Positions 11,077-22,401 of a stretch of 57,418 bases of DNA are shown piece after piece. The translations under genes were made by a program, and so were the position numbers. The DNA is taken from NCBI GenBank assembly GCA_001275005.1, contig JWZX01002380.1:1-57418 (forward strand), in the 5' to 3' direction. Each line of letters starts with the position of its first letter. Within the stretch, counting starts at the first letter, position 1. Under the pieces are notes generated by a model. That model was given only the letters and a program-made list of their open reading frames with translations, did no database searches and had not been told where the DNA came from. This stretch comes from Chrysochromulina tobinii. Its lineage: Eukaryota.

Positions 11077-11640
11077 TTACGCAATCCGCTGCCGGGTCAC
11101 CTTGCGGGCCGAGCCGGTGTTTTCGAACATATCAAAAGCATCGATAGCCTCCCTTGGCGCAGGTGATGGCGAGGCCTTCGCCTTGAGAGAGGAAACCGTT
11201 GGCTCAGGCGATGGCGAGGCCTGGAGAGAGGACACCGTTGGCTCAGGCGAAGGCGAGGCCTGGAGAGAGGACACCGTTGGCTCAGGCGAAGGCGAGGCCT
11301 GGAGAGAGGACACCGTTGGCTCAGGCGATGGCGAGGCCTGGAGAGAGGACATCCTTGTCTTGTCCCGTTTCATGGCCTTAAATTGCGCAAACTTTGCGAT
11401 GCGCTCGCTCTTCGACAGTTGCTTGGAGGGCAGCAACGCATTCTCCGCGGCTAGATGCGCCTCGAACATCTCGTGCGTGCGCTTCCAGTGCTGCTTCTGC
11501 TTCCACCAGTGCTTCTGCGCAAGGTTGCGGATCATCGACTTGTCGGTCAGGAAGTTCTCGGTTGCGACCTCGTAGCCGCAGAGGATGGCGAGCGAGGCCG
11601 CGACGATCAACGCAAGGGATCGGTAAGTAGAGGCTTGCAT
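11077..11640 (-). CDS. Small putatively secreted or anchored protein with four 13-aa repeats (SSLQASPSPEPTV)
   Basis: MQASTYRSLALIVAASLAILCG hydrophobic N-terminus; 39-bp tandem units at about 11165-11350. Confidence 0.65.
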   Translation of the reverse strand: MQASTYRSLALIVAASLAILCGYEVATENFLTDKSMIRNLAQKHWWKQKQHWKRTHEMFEAHLAAENALLPSKQLSKSERIAKFAQFKAMKRDKTRMSSLQASPSPEPTVSSLQASPSPEPTVSSLQASPSPEPTVSSLQASPSPEPTVSSLKAKASPSPAPREAIDAFDMFENTGSARKVTRQRIA

Positions 11641-12399
11641 GGAAGCTTCTTGAGCGTAAGCTTGTTCCCGCGGGGTTGCGCGGCACCGCGACGAGGGGGT
11701 CCAGGTCACAGAGTTAGATTCCGAAGCGACCGAAGCGGTGCGCCTAATTTGGTTAGAGCGACTTCTCCTTCGAGGGGTTTTCGATTTCCCCATTTCCGCA
11801 CAAACGTGCCGCAAAAATACAAACTGATGATTACAGCGGTAATTTGGTCCCAGGAATAGTGCGCGGTGCGTCTACAACACGACGTGTTCTCGTCGTTGCC
11901 TAAAAGCTTTGAGGTTGACCTCGCTCGGGAAAGAATTCCGAATCCCTAATGTTGTTACTGAGTTGGGGTTGGGCGACAGCGTGGTTAGGTGCAGGACAAG
12001 GACTGGTCCAAGCACTCGCGCGGGCCAACTGTAGGAGCCGCTTCGTGGGCGCTTCTGAGGCCAAGTGTGCAAGGATGCGTGCTGGATGTGCCTTAGGATT
12101 CGTGAGATTCATTGGATACCTCATGGGGTATCAGACAATGTAGATAAGTGTTTGTTCGTCATCGGCAACGTGTAGGGGATTGGGTGCAGCGAAGCAGGGA
12201 GCAGACCCGTGGCAACGGCCATGCGAGTTCGAGGCCCGGGTTCACTGTTGCCGTGTTCACAGTTGCCATGCGAGTTCGAGGCCCGGGCAGCTCACCTGTT
12301 CACAGCGACGTCAGCGAAGGTGGCGGGCCGGAGCTAATGAAGTGCGTGATTGGGTCTGATCAGGTCTGACGATGGTGGCGGGCCGGAGCTCATGAAGTA

Positions 12400-14025
12400 T
12401 TAGGTCTGATTAGGTCTGAAGAAGTGCGGCGACGCACAGGCTGAGATGGGGCAGAAGACCGAATCCACTCGCATGCCGTCCTCAACGGCCTCGGCCTGCC
12501 TGTCAGCACCGGTAAGGGCTTCGTCACCTGTAACGGCTTCGTCAGCCTTGGCCAGCGATGGTGCCGGCGAGCGTGGTGTAGGCTCGAGCGAGGCGACGGA
12601 CGAGTCAGTGGCAGACCAGCCGCACACAAGCCCACGCCAGCGCGTGAGGCGCCGTCCCTCGGCATCCAACGAAGGTTTTAGCCGTTGCCGCTCCATTCCC
12701 GCGCTCCACGGCGCGATTCGACTGGCAGCGGGAGGCTCCCCCCCAGAACTCATGGCTGCTTGGCGCACAGCGTAGCTGCGTGCTTTGCCCACAGCGCGCA
12801 GCACGCGATCGCGCGTCAGCAGCCGCAGCCCCATCGCGGCCAAGTCGGCGGTCCCCAGCTTCACGGCGGCGTCGAGGGAGGTCACTCCGGCACGCTCGAG
12901 AGCCTCAATGGACGGCCGGTCGACCCCGAGCAGACTCAGTAGCGCCGCGAACGAGTCGGGTTGATAGCTCGAGGCGGCCGTGTCCACTGGGCGCTCGCGG
13001 GCGGGCGACGCAAAGGGCGACGAGCCAGGTGACGGTCTCGGCGAGGCGTGCACAGAGGAAGCTCGGAATGTGCTGGAATGTGCCCGATACGACGCGTCGA
13101 ACGAGGCGCTGCGAACGAGGCGCCGCCGCGCCGGGCTCGGGGCGTCGGGGCGTGCGTGAAGCATCGTGTCCAGACTCAGGACGCTCCCACGAAAGTTGCC
13201 CGTCGGCCCGGCGTTGCGCCACGTCTTCGGCAACGGCCTCTCGGCCTCGGCGACGGCGGCGGCGGCGGCGCGAGCGGAGGCGACAGCGGCGGCGGCCTCG
13301 ACGGCGGCGGCGACGGCGGCGGCGGCGGCGGTTCCAGCGGCACAGCTGCTGCTGCCTCCATTGCCGCCGGCGCTCACGGAAGCCACAGCGTAGCTGCCGA
13401 GCTTGGCGGCCGGCGGCGGCTTGCTGCGGATCGCCGTGCGTGAGGCAGACGCGTGCGGCCGCGCGTACCAGGGTGGCGACGCGTCTGCTCGCGTGTTGGT
13501 CACCTCACGGTGTCGGCATTCCTCGTCCCAGAGCGCGCGCAGCCGCGCAGACTCGACGGCACCCTCCGCGTGCAGCCGACTCCAAAGGGTCTGATTGGGC
13601 GCTTGCATGGCCTCCGACAAGATGGCGTCATCCACCACGACTGACAGGTCGAGTATTGGCATCCGCAGCGCAGGCGGCGGAGGCGGCGGAGGTGCAGGTG
13701 GCTTGGGAGTCGGCTGTCGCACGCCGATCACCTCCATCAGGGATGGCCCCTGCCGGGGCGAGAACTCAGCCGAATTCGCCAGCTTTGCAGGCGTGTAGCC
13801 TGTTGAGAGCAGGTGCTGGGCGATGGCGGAGATCTGAACAGCTGGCATGATCTCCGGCGTTTTCGAAAATGGCATAAAATGGGATGAAATGGCATGATCT
13901 CCGGCGTCGGGCGTCGAGGCCTCGCACTCGAGCCGTTTGCGATGACTTCGCTCCTGCGCATATCGGCGCTCCTCCTCCTCTTGTTGGCGCACGTGTGAGG
14001 CCAGAGCTGACACGTCGCCTGCCAT
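12400..14025 (-). CDS. Low-complexity protein with a SAM-like domain
   Basis: Long ORF from MAGDV; FAALLSLLGVDRPSIEALERAGVTSLDAAVKLGTADLAAMGLRLLTRDRVLRAV fits the SAM pattern. Confidence 0.65.
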   Translation of the reverse strand: MAGDVSALASHVRQQEEEERRYAQERSHRKRLECEASTPDAGDHAISSHFMPFSKTPEIMPAVQISAIAQHLLSTGYTPAKLANSAEFSPRQGPSLMEVIGVRQPTPKPPAPPPPPPPALRMPILDLSVVVDDAILSEAMQAPNQTLWSRLHAEGAVESARLRALWDEECRHREVTNTRADASPPWYARPHASASRTAIRSKPPPAAKLGSYAVASVSAGGNGGSSSCAAGTAAAAAVAAAVEAAAAVASARAAAAAVAEAERPLPKTWRNAGPTGNFRGSVLSLDTMLHARPDAPSPARRRLVRSASFDASYRAHSSTFRASSVHASPRPSPGSSPFASPARERPVDTAASSYQPDSFAALLSLLGVDRPSIEALERAGVTSLDAAVKLGTADLAAMGLRLLTRDRVLRAVGKARSYAVRQAAMSSGGEPPAASRIAPWSAGMERQRLKPSLDAEGRRLTRWRGLVCGWSATDSSVASLEPTPRSPAPSLAKADEAVTGDEALTGADRQAEAVEDGMRVDSVFCPISACASPHFFRPNQT

Positions 14026-14187
14026 AATCGTTCCTTCGAAGAAACGACCTCGAAGAAATGTCGTTTCTTCACAGCAACACAACAAAACGGCGGCCTGCAC
14101 ACTGGCGCTCCGTCGCCAACCGCGCTACCGGTACGCGTACTGTACACACAAAACGATTCGTGATTGGCACTGAAGCCGCTGGGCGCC

Positions 14188-15132
14188 ATGCTCGTGAGCT
14201 GTGCCATTTACATCTCGTCGGGCGTGGCCTCGATCGCCTCACGCGTGGCGGCGTCCGCACTTGCGGCGCACCCACGTGTCGCCGTCGTCGACACCTTCAC
14301 TGACGTGGCGTACGCGCGCTCCTCGGTCAAGCTCGTCGGTGAAACAGGGCCGCTCGTCGCCGCCGCCCGAGCAGCAGCGGCTGAGGCCCTCTCGCTTATC
14401 GATCTCTCGCAAGAGCCGCATCCGGCGCCCCACCCACGACAGGGCGCAGTCGACATGGTCTCGTTCATGCCGCTCTCGGAGGCCAGCGCCGACGCGCTCG
14501 CGGACGAGTTGGCAGCGTGCGACGTGGCAGCGTGGCAGCTTGGCGGTGCGCTCGGCGAGCTCGGCTGCCCGGTGCTCATGTACGGCCCACGGGCTGCGCG
14601 TTCGCTACTTGAGACGCGGCGCGGTACCTCCTTCTTCGCTTCGGTCCGCGCTGGGTCACCGCGCGAAGCGAGCACGTCGCTCGTGCTCGACTTTGGCGGT
14701 GGTGGCATTGTTCCAGGCGCGGACGGCGCCGCGGCGGCGGCGATGGCGGCGCCGAGCGGCACGAGTGCCGCGGGGCCACCGCTGCCGCTGCGAGCCGGCG
14801 TCGCCATCGTTGGTGTGCAGCCGTACGTGACCAACTTCAACATCCAGGTAGAGGAGGCGACGCTAGACGAGTGCAGGGGTGCGGCGGGCGCGTTGCGCCG
14901 CGAGATAGGTGTGCAGGTGATGGCGCTGCCACACGAGGCGTCAGGCACCGTGGAGATTGGGTGCAACTTGCAGGCGTCGCAGCAGCATGGCAGCCCGGCA
15001 CGCGAGGCGGTGCTCGCGCTCGTGGCGAGTTCGCTGCCCGCGAGAGCGCGCGTGCGCAAGAGCTACGTGATCGGGCTGACTCCGGACGAGGCGCGCGGCG
15101 AGGGAGTGAGGTGGCTGGCGGCGGCGGCGTGA
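14188..15132 (+). CDS. Glutamate formiminotransferase (FTCD N-terminal domain)-like protein
   Basis: LVSCAIYISSG, FTDVAYARSS, IDLSQ..HPRQGAVDMVSFMPL, YVTNFNI. Confidence 0.85.
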   Translation: MLVSCAIYISSGVASIASRVAASALAAHPRVAVVDTFTDVAYARSSVKLVGETGPLVAAARAAAAEALSLIDLSQEPHPAPHPRQGAVDMVSFMPLSEASADALADELAACDVAAWQLGGALGELGCPVLMYGPRAARSLLETRRGTSFFASVRAGSPREASTSLVLDFGGGGIVPGADGAAAAAMAAPSGTSAAGPPLPLRAGVAIVGVQPYVTNFNIQVEEATLDECRGAAGALRREIGVQVMALPHEASGTVEIGCNLQASQQHGSPAREAVLALVASSLPARARVRKSYVIGLTPDEARGEGVRWLAAAA

Positions 15133-15364
15133 AACCGTGATTCGTGCGCACCGGTCCTTGTGGGTGTTTAGCTGAGGACCTACAAGCAAGTTTAAAGGTT
15201 GCTGTCCACCTGGACTGTGCTAGACTGTGCCGAAGGGGAACGGACGAAACGTCCCTCGACTCGTTTGCCGCGAAAAGCGAGGTCGAGAGCAAGGTCCAAG
15301 GAGGAGTCCGCCCAGGGAGCGCCAAGCCACACCCTCTCGCCTCGCAGTCGTCGTTGGCGCGACC

Positions 15365-17389
15365 ATGTTCTACTCACAACTGGTGCTGAGCAAGAAGGGC
15401 GCGCTGGGCAAGATCTGGCTCGCCGCACACATGGGCCTCGAGAAGAAGGGCTCCAAGCCGATGATCATGCAGACAAACATTCCCGAGTCAGTCAACGAGA
15501 TCGAGAACCCCCCGCAGAACGTGCCGCTCGCGCTGCGCGTGTCGGGGCATCTGCTGCTCGGCGTGGTGCGCATCTTCTCCAAGAAGGTCGTCTACCTGCT
15601 TACCGACTGCTCCGATGCGCTTACCAAGATCAAGGACGCCTTCAAGCAGCCGGGCAACGTGGAGCTCGCCCCAGGCGCGGGCGTCAAGGGCTACCATGAG
15701 CTGACGCGCGGCACCGAGCTGGCCGACGAGGATGAGCTCGATCCGGAGCTCATGCCTTCGATGGACTACGACGACGAGGACCAGCAGCTCGAGGGCATCC
15801 AGCTCGATGACGAGGACGAGTTTGGCACCGCTGGGCTGACGGGCATCGATCCGTCCTTCGCCGAGGAGGAGGAGGACGACGAGCATTTCGGCGCGACGAG
15901 CAAGTTCGAGCACTTCTTCCGGAAGCCGAGCGCTGAGGTGGAAGACGAGGACGAAGGCGCGCGTGGGGGCAAGCGCGCACGCAAGAGCCGCGAGCCCGAC
16001 GTGGCGGCGGCGGCCGCGGCCGCCGCTGAGGAGGAGGACGCGGAGGAGGACGATCTGCCTCCGATCGAGATAAGCCGGCGCGAGGAGCGGAAGAGCATGG
16101 AGCGGCGGACCGATGAGGACGAGGAGCTGCTTCAGCAGGTCGAGGAGGACGAGGACGCCCTTGGGCCGAACGCCTTCGGCTTCGGCGGCGAGGAGGAGGT
16201 TGGCCTGGGGCCGATGGAGGCAGAGGAGGGCGAGGAGGGCGAGGAGGGCGAGGAGGGCGAGGAACCGGATTCGCTCGCGCCAGTGATGCAGGATGCGCCG
16301 CCTGCACGCGGTGCGCGCGCCGCCGCCGCCGACAAGGCGGCGGGGCGCGCGGCCCAGGCCAAGCTCCCGCCCAAGGGCAAGCCGAAGCGTAAGATGGTCC
16401 TCGACGTCGAGACGATGATCTCGACGGAGCAGATCCGGAAGCAGCTGACAGACCCGGAGGAGCTGCGCAAGATCACGCGCGACTTCGACGCGGAGGAGGC
16501 CGCGCACGCCGCCGCCGCCACGCGCGACGATGAGTGGGATCCGATCGCTGGCCCGCCGCGCGGCCTGTCCTACTTGCCACGCGGAGCCGAGTCCTTTGCG
16601 TGCTTCCGGCCGAATGCGCCGCGGGTGGCGCCCAAGAAGGCGCGCTTCTCTGACGCAGTGGACGTGGCGAGCGGCCGCGCGGCGAAGCAGCCCGCCGCCG
16701 CCGCCGCCGCCGCGTCCGCGTCCGCGTCCGCGTCCGCCGCGCTCGACGACGAGGATGACGCGCCCGAGCAGTTCCGCTCCGCCGACACTCCGGGGAGAGG
16801 TCCAACCGCGGCGGCTCACGCGCGCGCCAGTCTCGAGCCGCCCTCGTCGGGCGGCCGAGGCTCCTTTGGTGCGGTGCCCATGGGCGACGAGGAGGAGGAG
16901 CCGGTGCCCTTTGACAACGAGGAGGAGCCGCTGGACGACGAAGAGGAGGGGCTCGGCAGCATGGAGGCGCCCGACGACTTTGGCGCCGCGTATGTGGCGC
17001 CCAGTGACGAGCCTGAGGTGGACACGGGCTTCGACCCGAAGCTCAAGCTGCCCAACGTGGCGGCCGACAACTCGTTCGCCGACGCGGCCGACGGCGCCGG
17101 CGCCACTCAAGAGGATCCGAAGCACTGGAACCCGCGCACGCGCAAAATGTACGAGGTGCTCGCGATGGCCTTCGATGCCGCGGGCGACGAGCCGGTCTCG
17201 TACAAGGCGATGATCAGCAGCACGTGCCGCTCCTCCAAGCCGAACTCCGAGAAGCGCAAGATCGTCGCCGGCTGCTTCCAGGAGGTGCTCTTCCTCGCCA
17301 CGCATGGCCTTGTGGAGCTTGACCAGAAGCGTGCCTACGGTAACCTGCTCATCGCGAAGACGGAGCTGTTCGCCGACGCGGCCGCCTGA
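15365..17389 (+). CDS. RAD21: Cohesin kleisin subunit Rad21/Rec8 family
   Basis: MFYSQLVLSKKGALGKIWLAAH...LALRVSGHLLLGVVRIFSKKVVYLLTDC N-terminal domain; C-terminal AGCFQEVLFLAT...LDQKRAYGNL; acidic linker. Confidence 0.93.
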   Translation: MFYSQLVLSKKGALGKIWLAAHMGLEKKGSKPMIMQTNIPESVNEIENPPQNVPLALRVSGHLLLGVVRIFSKKVVYLLTDCSDALTKIKDAFKQPGNVELAPGAGVKGYHELTRGTELADEDELDPELMPSMDYDDEDQQLEGIQLDDEDEFGTAGLTGIDPSFAEEEEDDEHFGATSKFEHFFRKPSAEVEDEDEGARGGKRARKSREPDVAAAAAAAAEEEDAEEDDLPPIEISRREERKSMERRTDEDEELLQQVEEDEDALGPNAFGFGGEEEVGLGPMEAEEGEEGEEGEEGEEPDSLAPVMQDAPPARGARAAAADKAAGRAAQAKLPPKGKPKRKMVLDVETMISTEQIRKQLTDPEELRKITRDFDAEEAAHAAAATRDDEWDPIAGPPRGLSYLPRGAESFACFRPNAPRVAPKKARFSDAVDVASGRAAKQPAAAAAAASASASASAALDDEDDAPEQFRSADTPGRGPTAAAHARASLEPPSSGGRGSFGAVPMGDEEEEPVPFDNEEEPLDDEEEGLGSMEAPDDFGAAYVAPSDEPEVDTGFDPKLKLPNVAADNSFADAADGAGATQEDPKHWNPRTRKMYEVLAMAFDAAGDEPVSYKAMISSTCRSSKPNSEKRKIVAGCFQEVLFLATHGLVELDQKRAYGNLLIAKTELFADAAA

Positions 17390-18132
17390 GCGGCACACAT
17401 CCAACGCCTGGCCTGCATGCGATGAGGGACGCAACCAGCATGCATTGTCCACGAAGACGGTCGCCAGAGCGGCGCGCTCCCCGCGGGCATGCACTAGTGC
17501 AGGCGGCGCTCCGCAGCAGAGTTAGAGCAGAGGCGGCAGCCACAGCAGCTCAGGTGAGAGCGATCGTGCGTGGCGGGCCGCCCGCTAGCTTGCCATCGGC
17601 GGCCCAGTACAGTGCATGTTTGTGTGCCTCAACGAGGGGCAACACACCGCGACTCGCCCGTCGATGCGCCGACGCGGAACGTACAACGTGTCCGAATCGA
17701 CCTACGCGCAGCAGACCCAAGACCGGTCGCAGAGAGTCTAGACCCATACGCATAATACTGAGTAGTACTGAGTACAGTAAAGCTGCTGGTGAAAGTCGCG
17801 AAGTACAGTTGGCGCGAAACCGCGCGGAACGCGGCACTCTCTGCGCGAATAGACCGTAACTCCGTAAGACCGAAGCGAATTTCCGCGCCGCCGCCGCGGG
17901 CGCGTGGCCAGGACCGCGTGCGATCTGCGAACCAGAACGGAGCCGCGCACGCCCACGGACAAACGCCGGACTCTCCTCGCGACTCGCGGGCGACCGCGTC
18001 GTGCGGTCCCAAAATCGACCGTACACACAAGTCAACGCACAATTGTCACGTGCCTCGCTTTCCGCGTTCGCATCACACGCCGCTGACCGCTCTGCGCCGC
18101 CCTCCCATCACGTGGTGGGCGCGCCGTGCTAA

Positions 18133-19671
18133 TCACGCCGCGAGGAAGTCCGCGAGTGAGTCGTCCTCGACGTCGTCGTCGGCCTGGTGCGGCAGGATGG
18201 TGTGAAAGGTCTGGAACATGGGCCAGAAGACCGAGTCGGCCGAGCGGGTGCCGAAGCAAGCCTCGATCTCGGGCAGGGTGTACCCGAGCACCCCGGCGGA
18301 CTCGAAGGGGGAGCGAAAGGCGTGGCGGGTGAGCACCGACGCCGTGCAGCTCGGATCGTCGAGCAGCTTTGTCCGCAGCTCGTGCAGCAGCGTCATCGCG
18401 CGGCGGGTGTTGGGCGGAAGCCGCGGGTCCGTGGATAAGAAGGTGCGCACCGCAGCAAGCGCGTCGGCAGCCGGCGCGGCGGCGAGCGCTTCGGAGAGTG
18501 CGCGCTCACGCCCGCCCGCGGCTGCGGTGGACACGGACAGGGACACGCTCACGTGCCCTGCGGGCTTCGACGGTGTAACCACCTCCCTCTTGGCCGCAGG
18601 TGTAACCTCCCTGGGCCAGGGGCGGGGCTCTGCCTTGAAGACAGCGGCCGGCGGTCCGGCGGGTACGGCCACGTCACTTCGGCTGCTGCAGCCTCCTCCT
18701 CCGCCGCCGCCGCCGCCGCTGCCGCCGCCGCCGCTTCCGCCCGGGAACATGGGGGGCGGCGGGCCACTGCTCAAGCTGCGTTGCATCTCTACCGGCCGTG
18801 TCATAGACAGCATACCGTCACGCTGCGTCGCTGTTAGCCCGTCACCGCCGTAGCCGGGCAACGTGCCTCCACGCCCATCGCTACCCGGCCGGAAGATATT
18901 TGGCGTGCCCGGGTCGAGACGCTGCAGAATGACCTGTCGGCCACAAAGGAATTCGCTCTGCTTGCGCAGCCCTGCGTTCAGGTCGGCCGTTGAGCGAAGG
19001 CGCACGTACACCATGCCCGAGAAGCGGCCCGCGTGGTCCTTGCCCATCTCAATCGCATCGCGGTCGAGCACGAGCGGCTTGTAAAAGTTACGAATGTCCT
19101 CTTCCTTGGCTGTCCAGAGCACGGAGCGCATCTTGAGGACGCGGTTCTCGTGCACGTCGCGCTCCATGCGTTCGGGCAGGAAAAAGGGCGGCAGCTTGCT
19201 CCCGGGAAAGCCGTTCACGAAGCCATTCATCGGCATAGCGCCCGTGAAGCCGCCCGGTCCGCCCGGCGCCGGCGCGGGCCTGGGCATCACGGGTGGTTGC
19301 ATCGCGGGTGTGGGCAGAGGTGGCTTTGGCGTAGGTGGCGCAGGTGGGGCCGACGATTGCGGCTGTTGCGACTGCGTTGAGGGCTCGTTGCGGGCGCTGT
19401 CAAAGACAACTGTCATGGTGCTTCCGCGGAGCGGCATTTCGTTGAGCCGGCGCTTGGCGCTCGTGGCCTCGCGCGTGCACGACATCTCCACAAGCGCGAG
19501 CATGCCGCCGCCGCTCGCCCTCGCGACCTGCACCTCCTCCACCTTGCCGAGCGGCTCGAGAAGCGTCTTGAGCTCATCAGAGGAGCAGCCGTGCGGCAGG
19601 TTGGAGAAGCGCAGGTAGCGGCAGCGCGGCTCGTCGTCCGCCGCGCGCGGTCGCTTGGCCTCGGACTCCAT
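18133..19671 (-). CDS. RNA-binding protein with an RRM and an hnRNP F/H-like quasi-RRM
   Basis: LRFSNLPHGCSSDELKTLLEPLGKV...ALVEM; VLKMRSVLWTAKEEDIRNFY...GRFSGMVYVRL. Confidence 0.8.
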   Translation of the reverse strand: MESEAKRPRAADDEPRCRYLRFSNLPHGCSSDELKTLLEPLGKVEEVQVARASGGGMLALVEMSCTREATSAKRRLNEMPLRGSTMTVVFDSARNEPSTQSQQPQSSAPPAPPTPKPPLPTPAMQPPVMPRPAPAPGGPGGFTGAMPMNGFVNGFPGSKLPPFFLPERMERDVHENRVLKMRSVLWTAKEEDIRNFYKPLVLDRDAIEMGKDHAGRFSGMVYVRLRSTADLNAGLRKQSEFLCGRQVILQRLDPGTPNIFRPGSDGRGGTLPGYGGDGLTATQRDGMLSMTRPVEMQRSLSSGPPPPMFPGGSGGGGSGGGGGGGGGCSSRSDVAVPAGPPAAVFKAEPRPWPREVTPAAKREVVTPSKPAGHVSVSLSVSTAAAGGRERALSEALAAAPAADALAAVRTFLSTDPRLPPNTRRAMTLLHELRTKLLDDPSCTASVLTRHAFRSPFESAGVLGYTLPEIEACFGTRSADSVFWPMFQTFHTILPHQADDDVEDDSLADFLAA

Positions 19672-19732
19672 CGATCGGCACGTCTTCGGATTGTGAACAA
19701 GACTGTGAACACAGTAGATTGATCGAAAAAAA

Positions 19733-20911
19733 CTACCTCGAAACTTCAGCCGGAGGAGCAGCACGCCACCGTTCGAGCAGCACGCTCGCACTCTCGAGCA
19801 TGCGACGCACGGCGACGGCGCCTTCTGGCGGCGCTGCGGCGCGCTGGCAGATCGGGGCGGGGAAGTCTGTGTGACGTGGTGCTGGTGGCGCGGGCGGCTC
19901 CGCGCCCGCGCCGTCCTCTGTCATCGGGCGCGGGCGCCGCGGCGGCACGACGGGTGACGCGTCGAGGCCGATCAGTGCATGACCGAAGAGCGCGGCCAAT
20001 GGAATGGGGGATCGAGGAGCACTTGCGAGCCATGCCTCCTCTTCCACAGCAAGGCGAGCGCTCACGCGCCGGCACTCGTCGTATATGAGAAGGCGGCCGA
20101 GCAGCTGGAGGGCCGCGTCCGACGCGAGCGGCACGAGCACGCGCAGCGGCACGGGCGGCAGGCCCGCGGGCAACTCAATCTTGTGAAAGTCGGGCAGCGC
20201 TTCGACTCCGGGCCAGCTCTCTCTTGTGGGGCTACCTAGGAAGGCGACGACGCGGAAGAGCTGGTCGATGTCCGACTCGCCGGGCAGGAGAGCGCAGAGC
20301 GTGTGCAGCTGCGCGAGCACGCATCCCGCCGCCCACAGGTCCACCCCCATGCCATAACGGCGCGATCCCAAGAGCAACTCGGGAGCACGGTACCAGCGCG
20401 ACGCGACGGCATGCGAGAGCGAGGCGTCGTGCGCCGTCGGCAGCAGCCGTGCCTGCCCAAAGTCAGCGATGCGCAGCATGCCCGATGCGGAGAGCAGCAG
20501 GTTGTGTGGCTTGATGTCGCGGTGCAGCAAGCCGTCGGAGTGGATGGCACAAAGACCGCAGAACAGCATACGGCCCAGCGTGCTCGCATGCTCGTCGCAG
20601 AGAGGTAAATCACGCTGTGCTAGGAGTGACGCCAGCGAGCTCGACTCGAACGGCATGACGAGCACGATGTTCGAGCCGTGCGTGTGCACGCCGAGAAGCG
20701 GCACCACGTTCGGGTGGCTCACGCGGCGGAGCGCGTTCATCTCACGCACTGCATTGGTTGGAAGCTCGCGCACGTCACGTACGCGGATCCGCTTGAGCGC
20801 GACCTCAGTGCCCGTGCGGTCCCGCGCACGAAACACTGTTCCAAAGGCGCCCTCGCCCACCTTACCGAGGACCCGATAGTCGCCCGCGCAGGCAGAACCG
20901 CAATCCGCCAT
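19733..20911 (-). CDS. Cyclin-dependent kinase, CDK20/CCRK-like
   Basis: GEGAFGTV, VALK, HRDIKPHN, DFGQAR, SHAVASRWYRAPELL, DLWAAGC, GESDIDQL. Confidence 0.85.
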   Translation of the reverse strand: MADCGSACAGDYRVLGKVGEGAFGTVFRARDRTGTEVALKRIRVRDVRELPTNAVREMNALRRVSHPNVVPLLGVHTHGSNIVLVMPFESSSLASLLAQRDLPLCDEHASTLGRMLFCGLCAIHSDGLLHRDIKPHNLLLSASGMLRIADFGQARLLPTAHDASLSHAVASRWYRAPELLLGSRRYGMGVDLWAAGCVLAQLHTLCALLPGESDIDQLFRVVAFLGSPTRESWPGVEALPDFHKIELPAGLPPVPLRVLVPLASDAALQLLGRLLIYDECRRVSARLAVEEEAWLASAPRSPIPLAALFGHALIGLDASPVVPPRRPRPMTEDGAGAEPPAPPAPRHTDFPAPICQRAAAPPEGAVAVRRMLESASVLLERWRAAPPAEVSR

Positions 20912-21127
20912 ATCGGGTTTCGTCGCGAACTTGCAGCAGGCCTCACCGCACGTTCGTCTCGAAGTAGATGTGTCCGGATTCGACCAAGTGTAACATTCAC
21001 AAGTCGAACCTCAGGTACGATTCCAATTGGCACATTCCAAATTAGGCCATCATCAGGCACGGCTCCGGCGGGTGTGAGAACTGGTGTGAGGCTCGTCAAC
21101 GCTCGCGGGCCGCCCTTGTAGGCGGCG

Positions 21128-21631
21128 ATGCCCAAGAAGGGCGGCAAGAAGGGCAAAAAGGGCCCAGCGCTGGTGACAGACGCAGCTTCCCTTGCCCCTT
21201 TCAACGTCAACGTGCGCGACATCATCGCGACACCCCTTGGTGTCGAGACTACGGTGGTCGGCGTCAAGGATGGCGCCCTCATGGTGATGTGGCCGGGTGG
21301 ACTGGTCACCGCAGCGACCTGCGCACCGAGCAAGGCCTGCAACGCTCATGAGCTCAGCGTATTCGGGTACAACAAGCGGCCGGCGTCTGCCCACATCGAG
21401 CGATCCATCAACGAGCGTGAAAAGGCTCTTTACGAGCACCGACGATATGACAAGCCGCTCCCACTGACGGCGCGTATCAACCTGCCACTCGGCAAGAAGG
21501 GCGTAGCGCGTGGCAAGACTGGCCTCGATGGCACTGAGAAATACGAGGCCTTCCAAGCGTACCTCAGTAACCCCTCGGCTCCGCGTGCGGGGAGCGCGCC
21601 CGCGGGCAAGGACGCCAAGAAGAAGAAGTGA
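21128..21631 (+). CDS. Hypothetical basic protein (167 aa)
   Basis: Clean ORF MPKKGGKKGKKG... with GC3-rich codons; no family recognised. Confidence 0.7.
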   Translation: MPKKGGKKGKKGPALVTDAASLAPFNVNVRDIIATPLGVETTVVGVKDGALMVMWPGGLVTAATCAPSKACNAHELSVFGYNKRPASAHIERSINEREKALYEHRRYDKPLPLTARINLPLGKKGVARGKTGLDGTEKYEAFQAYLSNPSAPRAGSAPAGKDAKKKK

Positions 21632-22401
21632 GCCCAGATAACTTGCGTTCGAGTGCTTGCACTGCTGGAAGCTCGCTTCAGACCGGAGCATCACGGCTCC
21701 GAAATTCTACTGTACGGTCAATAGTCCCGTAGCATGCGATGATTAGGCCATGTGAGTACTACGCTGCGCCGAGCGCCGGTTTGCGGCGCCTGCGTGCTCT
21801 GCGGACATGAGTCGTGTATCAGGACCGCACCTGCAGGGCCCCGCCCATTACTTGATCTGCCCAAGACCTCCAGACCTCAATTACATGGGTATAGTTAGTA
21901 AGAGTCCGAAAACGTGACTAAACTCACAAGCGTCGGATTACGTGGCACGCTCCTCGCTCGGGTCGTTCGTGCTCGTTCTCGACGATGCCGGCCCATTAGC
22001 CGCGCGCGGCCCCCGACCGGCGAACCCGACGGTGTACCATGCGGTGAACCCACATGCGGCCATGCGCGATACATGCCGCGTTTACGAGTACGCGGTTCCA
22101 TTACGTAACGTGTCTTTGTGCCCGCACTGTCCGCGGAGTACTCCGCGACGGGTGCCGGAACGCCCGCGCAGCAAGCGCCCAAGCGAAAATCCAACGCGCC
22201 TCTCGGACCGACGCGCGACAGCCGAGCTGGGAGGCGTGAGCCACCCGCAATAGCACGGTTCGCACCCACAGCCACTGGTGTATCTCGACCAAAGCGGCCC
22301 TGGGCGGCTATCGGGGCGACACAAAAAGCCGCCTTGTACAGCTTGCGATTGGCTGTGCTCAGATCGATTCGCGCCTCCCAGTACCGGTAGCATCCCAGGA
22401 T

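Noticed and set aside
15488..17494. Long opposite-strand or alternative-frame ORFs (also 45013-46587, 37825-38988, 55502-56728)
   Set aside because: They are shadow ORFs expected at high GC and overlap clearly identified genes.
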